Shown piece after piece: positions 23,981 to 35,490 of a stretch of 37,712 bases of DNA. The stretch comes from Octopus sinensis (Eukaryota), in assembly GCF_006345805.1 (NCBI RefSeq), contig NW_021835895.1, positions 1 through 37,712 of the forward strand, written 5' to 3'. The notes under the pieces are model-generated. The model did no database searches and was not told the origin of the DNA. It saw nothing but the letters and a program-made list of their open reading frames with translations. Every line of letters starts with the position of its first letter. Position 1 is the first letter of the stretch. The position numbers were made by a program, and so were the translations under genes.

Positions 23981-24356
23981 ACTCTCTTTTACTCTTTTAC
24001 TTGTTTCAGTCATTTGACTGCGGCCATGCTGGAGCACCGCCTTTAGTCGAGGAAATCGACATCAGGACTTATTCCTTGTAAGCCTAGTACTTATTATATC
24101 GGTGTTTTTTGTCGAACCGTTAAGTTACGGAGACGTAAACACACCAGAATTTGTTGTCAAAGAATGTTGGTGAGGCGGGGGACAAACACACATATATATA
24201 TATATGCATATACATATATACGACGGGCTTCTTTTAGTTTCCGTCTACCAAATCCACTCACAAGGCTTTGGTCGACCCGAGGTTATAGTAGAAGAGACTT
24301 GCGCGAACCATGTGGTTGGTAAGCAAGCTACTTACCACACAGCCACTACTGCGCCT
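23981..24356 (-). mobile_element. tRNA-derived SINE family E, near full length
   Basis: Minus head aggcgcagtagtggctgtgtggtaag, internal (TA/TG) tract, tail gtaaaagagtaaaagag. Confidence 0.85.
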
Positions 24357-25562
24357 GATACATAAAACCAAAAACAAAAAGGCTTCTACATTGGTGAACT
24401 ATTCAAACCCAATTCTATATCCATAAAAGAAACACTGGCCTTCACCTCAGGAACATAGCTGTAACCTGGTAGTTTACCTCCAACTCATTCGGACGGCGAA
24501 TCGAGTCGTTCGTGGCAAGAGACTGGATAGAAGCGTGGTTGCTACTCTACTGAGCCCGTCATTCTGAATGGCAAGTCGAGTTGTTCACTTTGAATAAGTC
24601 AGGCAGGAGAGCGTCACCGCTCGCTTCCAAATGTGACGGGCCAACTGATCCCGCCTATTTGAGCCATGAGCCTTGTGTTTGAGATTATTGGAAAACGATT
24701 TGGATCCGGCTACAGATCTGACTTGGAAGCATTCAACTGTTATCGCTCAGAGGCAATTTAGCACCACCACTCCACCGAGCAAAGCTGCAGACTGTTGCTC
24801 TGATCCTCCATTTCTTTCCTTAATGGATGGAATAACCGTTACCCAGTTGAGCTTTCCGACGAATTCTACTGGGCATCGGGGGCGGCTGTGATGGACAATG
24901 TACGAGCATGCCACTGCGTTGAATCGCTGACGCAGGGCGCCAGATAAGGGTGTTGATGGGTCGTTGAAATAAAACTGTCGTACGACCTGCTATTGTCTAG
25001 CATCCAACTTCACATATACTTTAAACAGATATCACTATTTCAAGACTCTTGTATATTGTATCATAAAGAGAATAATATATACAAAGAAATAATTTGGTTT
25101 ACCGAAGACATGAATAATTACAATTTGTATTAGCTAACAGTGAATGAATTGGAACTATTAGTCGACTCATTTGCATTAATTATTCTCAAATACAAAGTAA
25201 ATGTTCGACATTACTACTTTTCCAAGACACTGCATCTAAAATATATTAGTTGAGCGAATATGAAGGAATTTAAGTCTTACAAAATTGAAAGCATCTTTTA
25301 ATTAAGTGAATCATATCTACAAATTTGTTTTATTTTCTGTCCACAGCAAAGAATCCCATGTTTGGATGATTTCATTAGTATATAAGTATTTCTGTGAGAT
25401 AAGAGCATGCTAGACACTTCAACCCAACTCCAATGCTAAAAAAAATAGGACACTAGTATGGTGTCGTGATCTTTATCACGATGCAATCTAGCCAAATTCA
25501 GGATACAACAATGAAGAAGGAAAAGGGGAAATAATCGACTCCTGTAATTGAATGGTACTTAT

Positions 25563-26227
25563 TTCTTTCTTTACTACCCACAAGGGGCTAAACATAGATA
25601 GGACAAACAAGGAAAGACAAACGGATTAAGTCGATTACATCGACCCCACTGCGAAACTGGTACTTTATTTATAAACCCCGAAAGGATGAAAGCCAAAGTC
25701 GACCTCGGCGGAATTTGAACCCAGAACGTAACGGCAGACGAAATACGTATTTCTTTATTACCCACAAGGGGCTAAACATAGAGGGGACAAACAAGGACAG
25801 ACATAGGTATTAAGTCGATTACATTGACCCCACTGCGAAACTGGTACTTTATTTATAAACCCCGAAAGGATGAAAGGCAAAGCCGACCTCGGCGGAATTT
25901 GAACCCAGAACGTAACGGCAGACGAAATACGTATTTCTTTATTACTCACAAGGGGCTAAACACAGAGGGGACAAACAAGGACAGACATAGGTATTAAGTC
26001 GATAACATCGACCCCAGTGCGTAACTGGTACTTAATTTATCGACCCCGAAAGGATGAAAGGCAAAGGCGACCTCGGCGGAATTTGAACCCAGAACGTAGT
26101 GGCAGACGAAATACGGCTATGCATTTCGCCCAGCGTGCTAACGTTTCTGCCAGCTCGCCGCCTTACGCAGACGAAATACCGCTAAGCATTTCGCCCGGCG
26201 TGCTAACTTTTCTGCCAGCTCGCCGCC
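25563..26227 (-). mobile_element. Family A SINE 184-bp module trimer plus duplicated head
   Basis: Junctions gaaatacgtatttc at 25740 and 25924; extra head at ~26165-26227. Confidence 0.9.
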
Positions 26228-28148
26228 TTTTGATTGGTACTTATTGACAACAGAATTATAACAGGTAAGGTGGGATTTGAACTCAAAGATTAGAGACCCA
26301 GAATAACCACCTCAAGGAATTCTCTCCGACATTTTGATTATCTATTCTACTGTTTATCGAATCGTGTTTCACCGTCTAATATTTTCCTGTATCAACACTG
26401 CTCGATTTGTGGTAATTTGCTTCAGTCCGACGCACAATGTGGCCTATATTTCTATTTAAATAGAAACTCCTGCTAAGATTGTGTTAGCAAGATTTTATCG
26501 CCCACATAATTAAAGCAGCTCAATTTGAATTTTAAAAGCTTGATATCGATGCCGTATCATTCCTGTTTAATCATGTATAAAAGACCAGCATTCCAACCAA
26601 CTTTCCTTTTAGGAAAAGTAATTTTATACTCAAATTCATTGATGAGAATAATTACTTCAAGGACTAAATATTTACTTTCATGTGTAACGTAGGCATTGTT
26701 ATTGACTCAATGTCTGGGGGTGAAATCATTTCCTTCTATATGCAAATGAATTAGATATGCATGTGTATCTAGCACTACAGAAATAGAATCGACTGTTTTA
26801 GCTGCACTGAACTGTTGAAGAGATAAATTACTCACATTTTATTTGATTTGTGGTGTTGACAACTTCATCTGTCGGAGAGAATAATAAGATGGTGGATTCT
26901 TTGATCAGAATAGACCATTGACTGTTCGAAAACTATTGAAGCATTGGCAAACATTTGTACATGTATCAATTACAAGTTAAAGGTACTAAACATTTCCATT
27001 CGTTAAAACAGCAAAAACACAATTATTCAAAGCTATTCAAATATACTGTTTATCAGCCCTAGATAAACCCAGATCGAGAAGAAAAACCTACGATCAGAGG
27101 CATACCTATTATTCTAGCTTATTTGAACATTTAAATTTGTAAGTAATTTTTCGCATTATCACCAGCCTACACATTTTTAGCAGTGGGGTGACCGCTTATA
27201 TCGATCCGTATCCATGGCTACTACTTATTTCATCGATACAAAAAAGAAGGATTCGAATTCCAAACGTAAAAAAAAGATGTAACTAAAAACTTCAATGCTC
27301 CATGGAATTTCTTAAATTCCAGACATGCAGAAATATATCCTGAAAATATTTCAGAGGAAATTTAGACCAATACATCTAAGAACTCAGTGTGTTGAGTCAG
27401 TTGACTCATTTTACTCGCAATACACTGTACAATCTTATATCTCATTTTCGTCCACAGTAACTCATACATCCAAAGCACTTTTATACCTGTTTTTCAACTG
27501 TAGTCATTGAAACGGTTAATATATTCTAAAGCGACTACTGAAAGAGTTTCTCATTTAGTCTTGAAGCATAAACCGAAATTAGAATTTTACTGCTCGTTAT
27601 TTTCCTAACGATTTTCCCTCCTAAATAAAATGAAGTTGTGACAATTGGGGGAACAACCGTGATTTGTTGAATCGACAAAAGTTTGTTTTCCATGCGTTTC
27701 TACCTAATTTAAATTCTTTACAAAAATTAGCATTCCAAAATAGTTTAGGCTCAATAACATTAATTGAAAAACCAAATAACATTATGCAAGGCCGTCCTCC
27801 ATAATTCAATTCCAGAAACAACCATTAAAAATAATATCTCTTACAATTTTACATTTTTGTATGTGTTGGTTAATGTTACTCACGTATCAAACAGTAAGCC
27901 TATCTTTAATAGAAAGGGAAATGTGCTGGCTGATACTTTCAGAAGTAACATAAAAACTTTCTGGAATTAATATAATGAACTAAGGAAAAGCTGTAGAAAA
28001 ATGAAAAAAAAACTTCGTAACAATGATTTTTATTTTTAGTTTGAAGAATGAAGATGATAATGACATAAGATGCGGGCTCCAGAATCAGATATATACACTT
28101 GGGTGGCCGAAGCTAAAAGCCAGTTAGTAATTTTAATTGCCATACAAG

Positions 28149-28530
28149 GAGGCCAGTTGGCAGAAACGTTAGCAGGCTGGGCGAAATGTTTAGCAGTATT
28201 TCGTCTGCCGCTACGTTCTGAGTTCAAATTCCGCTGAGGGCGACTTTGCCTTTCATCCTCTCGGGGTCGATTAAATAAGTACCAGTCACGCACTATGGTC
28301 GATGTAATCGACTTAGTCCCTTTGTCTGTCCTTGTTTGTTCCATCTACGTTTAGCCCCTTGTGGGCAATAAAGAATTAAGTATTTCGTCTGTTTTTATGT
28401 TCTGGGTTCAAATTCCGCCGAAGTCGACTATGCCTTTCATCCCCACGAAGTCGATAAATTATCAGTTGCGTACTTGGGTCGGTCTAATCGACTGACCCCT
28501 CCCCCAAAACTTCGGGCCTTCTGCCTAGAA
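28149..28530 (+). mobile_element. Family A SINE, two-module form
   Basis: Head + core + tail 1, re-entry at tatttcgtctg, core + tail 2 (ccccctcccccaaaacttcgggcctt). Confidence 0.85.
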
Positions 28531-29221
28531 ACTAATTTTGACTGTCATAGTTTATTTAACTAATACGCATGTTTGATATTTTATGTTAAGGCTTTTCTTT
28601 TCATTTACATAAGATATGTTAAACTCATTAATATATTAGTCATTAACAGGGACCATTAAAATTGTTTAGTCATTTCAAATCCAAACTCTCAAGCCAAAGT
28701 CAAATAGGACAACAGAATTATTTTCTCTCTATCTCTCTGCCCTCTGTCACTCTCTATTTTCTCCCCTATTATCATCTCTTGTGATATGTACGCAAGAGAA
28801 AAAAAATACAAATTAAGCAGTTTCACTAAAGCAATATTTCCGAAATGTAAATTGCTCACCAAACATACTTACGGCACAAACCTAAAGGCTAAGTTCTCCG
28901 TAAAAAAATTCAAATGTTAAATCGATCTGAATTGATCCCACCATTTCACTTCAAACTTCAGCATTCACGTTCTTTGGTGGCAACCATAATAAAAGCATTA
29001 CTACTCAACCAGCTATCACTGACTCATAATTAGTGTGTAGTAAACGTATGTAGACTTCCAAACCTTATGAAGTGCGGATTCGAAATCTTTTCATCAACAT
29101 AGAATCATACATTCTGACGACTTTGAACTGACGTTTCTACATTTCTGAAAGTATTCTTGTTTCTAGACTGTGCTCCTGGTCACTGCTAATACGTTTTAAA
29201 GAATCGCTACAGGAGTAGTGT

Positions 29222-29474
29222 GGAGGCGCGAGGCTTAGTGGTTAGGGTGTCAGCATCATGATCGTAAGATTGTGATTTCGATTCCTGGACCGGGCGACGC
29301 GTTGTGTTCTTGAGCAAAACACTTCATTTCACGTTGCTCCAGTCTCAGCTGGCAAAAACGAGTAACGCTGCGATGGACTGGTTTCCCGTCCATCTGGGGA
29401 ACACATACGCCATAGAAACCGGGAAACCGGGCCCATGAACCTGGCTAGGCTTTAAAAGGGCGCATTTATTATTT
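29222..29474 (+). mobile_element. tRNA-derived SINE family C
   Basis: A box ggcttagtgg, B-box-like tttcgattcc; 14-bp TSD tacaggagtagtgt/tacaagagtagtgt; second copy at 30827. Confidence 0.9.
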
Positions 29475-30164
29475 TACAAGAGTAGTGTCATGCAGGTTTT
29501 CCATTTAGTCATGAAACAAAATTGGGAAATTACATGTGTTATTCATGCTTCTCTCAGAGGATTCCCCTCCCCTAAATGGAATACTAACAACAGGGAATAG
29601 ACAGTGAGATATTGAGTCAGCTTTCTACGGTATTAAATTTCTCCGCATATTGGGTATTTCTGCTTAATTTAAATTCTCTGAGAAAATCAACATTCCAAAA
29701 TAATTTAAGCACCATAGCACTAATTGAAAACCAAATAACATTATTCAAACCCGCCCTCCATAATTCAATTTCAGAAACAATCATTAAAAAAAAATCACTC
29801 CTGTAATTTTACAGTTTCTCCGTGTTAGTTAATGCTGTTCACGTATCAAACAGTAAACCTATCTTTAATAGAAAAGAAAATGTGGAGTTTGATACTTTAA
29901 ATGGCAACTGAAGAACTATCTGGAATTAATATAATGGATTAAGACAAAGCTGTAGGAGGATGTGAGCATCTCCATTCAGCTTAAGTATTTTTTCTTTCAA
30001 GAATGAAAATAATAGTGAAATAAAACAATTAATTATAAAGGCTCTCGAATCAGATAATTTCTCTAGGTTGCTTGGAGCTAAAAGCGAATTTATTGTAATT
30101 ATGTCATTGTTCATCTATATAAAGGCGCATATTCTGTATCTTTCTTCGAGTAAGGGTTTTAGCT

Positions 30165-30345
30165 TTTAGCACAGAGCCAGCAATATGGGGAGAAGGAGTT
30201 AGACGATTACATCGACCCCAATGTTCAACAAGAACTTATCGAGCCGTAAAGGGAAGTCAACTTCGATAGAATTTGAACTCGGAAAGTAGAGTCGAATAAA
30301 ACACCGCCAATCATTTTGCCCGCCGAGCTAACAGTTCTGCAGGCT
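30165..30345 (-). mobile_element. Degraded family A SINE
   Basis: gattacatcgaccccaatg...aatttgaactcgga...ttttgcccgccgagctaac. Confidence 0.65.
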
Positions 30346-30826
30346 ATCAGTTTTTTCCCCTCTTCAAATAATAATTATTTCATCTCTCTTAAAAAATATT
30401 AATATATTAGTCATTAGAATATAATACTTATGTGTCATTCACATAGATATCATTTGTAATTAACGTTGAATTATTATAGTCATTAATACATAATTATTAG
30501 TCTTTAACGTATAATAATCATTACTCATTAACATTTAATAATAAATATCATAATATACACCGTCATTAGAATCTATTAAGTAGAAGTATTATGGCCAATC
30601 CTTCTTTCCTCTTTCCTTCCTCTCTCCTTCGTCTCGACATCTTTTTTCTCTGTCTTGGTCTTTCCTCCTTCATTACATCTGCCATCAGAAGATTTTGTCT
30701 ACCGAAAATCAGAATACTGAAAATGATACAAACATCTCCCATTTCAGTCCTTTAAATTAGAATTCTTGGAAACATACTTAGCAACTATGGCTTAATTGAT
30801 TATATTAATGGTATACTCCTTTGGAT

Positions 30827-31275
30827 GAAGGCGCGTGGCTTAGTGGTTAGGGTGTCAGCATCATGATCGTAAGATTGTAGTTTCGATTCCTGGACCGCGC
30901 GACGCGTTGTGTTCTTGTGCAAAACACTTCATTTCACGTTGTTGCTCCAGTCTACTCACCTGGCAAAAATGAGTAACCCTCCGATGGACTGACGTCCCGT
31001 CCAGCTGGGTGACACATACACCATTGAAACCGGGAAACCGGGCTAGGCTTTAAAAGGGCGCATTTATTATTTAAAACGAGGCGGCGAGCTGGCAGACCGT
31101 TAGCATGCCGGGCGAAATGCGTAGCCGTATTTCGTCTGCCGCTACGTTCTGAGTTCAAATTCCGCCGAGGTCGACTTTGCCTTTCATCCTTTCGGGGTCG
31201 ATATAATCGACTTAATCCGTTTGTTTGTCCTTGTTCGTCACATCTGTTTAGTCCCTTGGGGGTAGTAAAGAAATG
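30827..31275 (+). mobile_element. SINE C (30827-~31075) directly followed by SINE A (~31080-31275)
   Basis: Homology to 29222-29474 and 21833-22060. Confidence 0.88.
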
Positions 31276-31308
31276 GGTATATTCCCTTGGTTATTTTACA
31301 TGATTACT

Positions 31309-31678
31309 GGATCTTTTCATTTGTGAAGCCAGTTTTTTCAAATTTTTCGTACTGAACCAAACAATTTGAAACTTCGTATACTGGTAGAATGTGTCAAAAG
31401 TAAACTTAATTGTAAACCAGAATGAAAACGGAATTGTAACTTCTAAGTTTAACATTGTTTAATAATTAGAATTTTAACCAATGGTATTCCGTCTTTCGGC
31501 TTCATATTATTTACTCCGTCTCGACCACCAATTTGGTGACGTAGTAAACATATGGTATGTAAACAAATGTAAACAAAACAATAACGATGAAATTTTTTAC
31601 TCGGTGTATGTGTATATGTATGAATGTATGTATGTATGAATGTATGTATGTATGTGTGTATGTATCTATGTATGTATG

Positions 31679-31709
<31 letters not shown>

Positions 31710-32213
31710 GTGTGTATGTATGTATCTATGTATGTATGGCCGATTCGGTGTTTAGTTTTTTCGAGTGAATACTCGGTGTATGTGTATCTGTATGTATGTG
31801 TGTGCATGTGTGTGTGTGTGTATGTATCTATGTATGTGTATGTATGTGTGTGTATGTATGTGTGTGTGTATGTATGTATGTATGGCCGATTCAGTGTTTA
31901 GTTTTTTCGAGTGAATACTCGGTGTATGTGTATCTGTATGTATGTGTGTGTGTGTATGTATCTATGTATGTTAGCCTCAAATGTGCACAGTCGCCTACGT
32001 CACAAAACTGCTTTCTACGTCACACTAACAGAATGCAGTAACGTATTAAATATGAAAACAAGCAATCTCATTGGTTAAAATTCGCAGTTTTAATCTACGA
32101 TTAAAGTCATAAAATAGATTTTTCTCAAATAAACTAGTTCCAACCTGTGTCTTGTTTTGAAACACTGTACCAGCATACGAAGTTTCAAATTATTTAGTTA
32201 AGTAGAAAGATCT
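31309..32213. mobile_element. GGATC-family TIR element with internal microsatellite array
   Basis: ggatcttttc...aatttgaaacttcgtatactggta vs taccagcatacgaagtttcaaatt...gaaagatct. Confidence 0.6.
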
Positions 32214-32651
32214 GGGCTCCTGGTCACACAATTGAAAAGTTCCAAAAAAGTAATCATGTGCACATTTCAATATGTGTGCGTGTGTGTGTTTGTATTTATG
32301 TGTGTGTGTGTGTGTGTGTTAATGTCTTAGGGAAGGAAAATTGCGACCTTGACCCTTTTCAGATTCTCTAAGACAGGTAACGAAAAGGGTGGAAGTAATC
32401 TTGAAACAGATCTCGTTTAATGCTTATAGCAAAATATATCTCGGTTAGTCATTTACATGTTTTGTGATGACGTTAAACTGGATGACAGGTTAAAGTTACA
32501 ACTGTAGACAAGAAATGTCTATCAGACAAGCTAATATAGTTTCTCTCAAATTCACTCTCAAGAGTTTGGTTATGGTAGAAAGCAATTGCTCATTTCCTAC
32601 GAATGCGAAGCCACGAAATGACGAGCACATGTCACTCCCGACGCTCATTCC

Positions 32652-32936
32652 TGTGCAATTATGGTGTAGTGGTTAAGAGCGCGGGCTACAAACCCCAAGA
32701 TTCCGAGTTCGATTAGAAGTAGGTATTATAATAATAATAATAATAATAACAACAACATCGAAAAAATACCCTAGGAATGAGGACCAAGGTCCGAAATTTC
32801 CCCAAGACACCTAATGAAGGCTGGGCGGTATATCAGCCGAAATGTGTTAACACCAAACAAGCTGAGGACAAATATCCGTCAAATGTGAATGTAAATAATG
32901 TACATAATTCCCCATCTCTTAAATATAGAACTGTAT
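32652..32936 (+). mobile_element. tRNA-headed SINE-like element (family D) with hammerhead-like motifs
   Basis: A box tggtgtagtgg, B box gagttcgatt, (ATA)n linker, then two NNATGA-stem-GAAA motifs. Confidence 0.65.
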
Positions 32937-33315
32937 TAATATATGTGGTTGTTGAAATATTTATTCGATACTTATGCATATATTTTTATAAAAAATCGTT
33001 AGTTTTACTACGACAGAAATTACATAAGATTCCATGGTGTCCCATAGTACTGTGTAGCTATATTTTTCAATTTGTCTTCATTGAAAGTTCGATAAGATCT
33101 GTGATTTTGACAAAAGTTCCCCCTTCGATTAGTAGTCAGCATGATTGTACAACAAAATTCTTCAGACTAAGTGAAATCACTTTTGGTAAGAAATATTACT
33201 GATGAATTTAAAGTGGTTATTGGATGCAATAAGTAGCAGGCCTAACACGCCACCTGCATGAAGTTCTGCACTAAGGCTTTTGGTGCTTTGCTAGATTTCT
33301 ACAAAATGAAGCTTT

Positions 33316-33354
<39 letters not shown>

Positions 33355-34104
33355 TAATTGTTAAATCACATTCGATGTGTTTCTGGTCAAGATCAGTCAT
33401 GATTGATTAAGACAATTAAATTAGTAGGAATGAGGCTGGATTCGGTAGCACATTCCTTCGTTGTCTCGTTCATCTATCTTGTACACACACAAATTTCTCT
33501 CTCTCTCTCACACACTCATTCATGCAATGATCGACGAGGGACATAGTTACTTATTCATTATTAAGTTTTCTCCGCATCCTGTTTCCATATTGTTTTTAGA
33601 AGATTTCCACATTATTTCAAAACTACTTCTCTCATTAGTATTCATTGTTACTTTTGCTATTACTGTTTCAATTGTCCATTGAAATCTATTTAATGTTTGA
33701 CTACTATATATTTACCAAAATACATACAATGCTGAGTTAATTACTGAGCCAATTAAATAAACACTAGTGCATTAATTGTAGTTATTTTACAAAACCCATG
33801 AATACGATGGACTAAAGTCATACCAAAATGGTTTCAAACACGAAAAATCAGGCACTGAAATAGATACAATTTTTTGTATATCGGGACCTTCTTTGACAAA
33901 CACACACACACACACACACAAACACCTATGCGCGCATACACACGTATCAATCAATAAAGCAATGAATGAATCGCTATTTATCGCTATTTGCGAGTTCATT
34001 TAGATGATAATTTCTAGCTATATTCATTCAGGAATGAATGATTACAATTACTAATATTAGTAAGGGATGCAAAGGAGGCCTCAACTGGGTTGGTATCAAA
34101 GGGA

Positions 34105-34541
34105 TTAACTTTTCTGTTGCCATCCCGCCTCGCACTCTCCTTCTACGATTCAAAGTTCCTGACATGAAGTAATTTACAAGATTATAAACGTTCCATTCAA
34201 ATTTCATGTTAAGTTACGTTCCAAATACCAGTTTGATATTGGGTCCAAATTTTGGCACAATGCCAGCACTTTCAGGGAGGTTGTAAGTCGATTACATCGA
34301 TCCCAGTGTTTAACTGGTACTTATTTTATCGATCTCAAAAAGGGACGGTACAGTCGACCTCGGCGGTATTTGAACTCAGAACGTAAAGACAGACGAAATT
34401 TCGCCAAGCATTTTGCCCGGCGTGCAAACGATTCTGTCAGCTCACCGCCCTACAAGATTTTAGTAAATCCTTCGTTATTTTCTAAATGAATTGGAAGAAA
34501 GACGCTGTATTTCAACAGAAATATGGAAGTAAAAGGGTTAA
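34105..34541. mobile_element. TTAA-bounded (piggyBac-like) MITE with nested family A SINE (~34245-34450, minus)
   Basis: ttaactttt... / ...aaaagggttaa ends; SINE homology inside. Confidence 0.45.
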
Positions 34542-34556
34542 GTCCATAGTAAGGTA

Positions 34557-35195
34557 TTGAATGGTCCAGTAAGAATTAAAGACCTCGTTTATGCATGCAG
34601 ATCAGAACTGAGGACGAGATATGGAAACGATACAAACATCACAATAGACTTCAAGAATAATATAACACTTCGCAAATATTTGCTTCGAATAAAACCACCA
34701 ATAGAAGAGAATGTGATTCAAGACTGTGTGTATTCCTTCCCATGCAGCTGTGGTAGGTTATACAAAGTCGAAACATGCCGCCCCTCAAAATAAGGGTAGA
34801 GGAACATTCCAAATCTCTGACACGAGGAGACATTGATAAATCGAGTTAGCTGATCATGTATGGAAAAACGGAGACCACTTCTCTCGGTGGGATGAAGTTA
34901 AAATAATAGACAGAGAATACCGCTGGAAAATACGAAAACTAAAAGAAGCAGCACATATGCTAGGACACAACAACCTCCTTAGCAGACTGAATGCAGATAT
35001 GAGCAGCATATTGGAACCGGTATTAAGGAGGGATAGGAAAATATTAGATTTATAAGCCCTAAAAGTTCACTCCATAATTGCCCATGGGCAAATTTTCCCG
35101 CAGGCACAAGAGGAATGGTGTCGCTTTCCGCCGACTGGGTTTTTCCTGTGGCGTCAGTTTTGTCGGGAAAAAAGTAAAGTCTGAGACGTGCCTCC
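34557..35195 (+). mobile_element. Penelope-like element 3' fragment (GIY-YIG endonuclease)
   Basis: TLRKYL...CVYSFPCSCGRLYKVETCRP/KIRVEEH...ADHVW...WDEVKIIDRE...RKLKEA with frameshifts; followed by (TA)n. Confidence 0.8.
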
Positions 35196-35227
<32 letters not shown>

Positions 35228-35490
35228 ATATATAGACACAATTTTCCTATATAATTTCTCTGTGATTCAGTGTCCTTTCTGTAATTAGTTTTAATTTATT
35301 CACTAATAAATTTACCGAACGTATATCAATTGTGACATCAATATTTTATCTAACAGAAAACAATAATAATTTCGTGAGATTCCCTTCTACCATTCGATTA
35401 CTAAACTTGTTTGTGACAGCAATATTAAAAAAATTAATTCCCTGGATTATCTATTATTGTCTAGCGATTCCTTAAGTCATTATTTTAAGT

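Larger units (their letters stand above)
27500..30115 (+). repeat. Diverged direct duplication (~27500-28140 vs ~29170-30115) of LRR-like sequence
   Basis: Shared blocks such as cattccaaaata, aaccaaataacattat, ctccataattcaatt, cacgtatcaaacagtaa.cctatctttaatagaaa, ctggaattaatataatg. Confidence 0.85.
21380..34070 (+). pseudogene. Decayed Toll-like receptor pseudogene(s) (LRR-LRRCT-TM-TIR), interrupted by transposons
   Basis: Ordered plus-strand remnants: QTFGFLKN...MIDFRDTL (~21500-21565), LKQLNLNFKSLISMP (26510-26554), LGKVILYSNSLMRI (26609-26650), NLNSLRKSTFQNNLSTIALIENQI (in ORF 29612-29806), NLKWLLDA (~33205), hydrophobic LLLSLVFIVTFAITVSIV (~33620-33680), FVYRDL (33873-33890), INKAMNESLF (33950-33979); stops and frameshifts throughout. 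Confidence 0.5.

Noticed and set aside
27764-27970. Cadherin-like reading VLVNVTHVSNSKPIF
   Set aside because: Lacks the DxNDN acidic residues and other cadherin motifs; surrounding frames fit LRRs better
35100-35195. Hammerhead expected after the Penelope GIY-YIG fragment
   Set aside because: Only aggcac/gtgcct pairing is visible; CUGANGA and GAAA cores are absent
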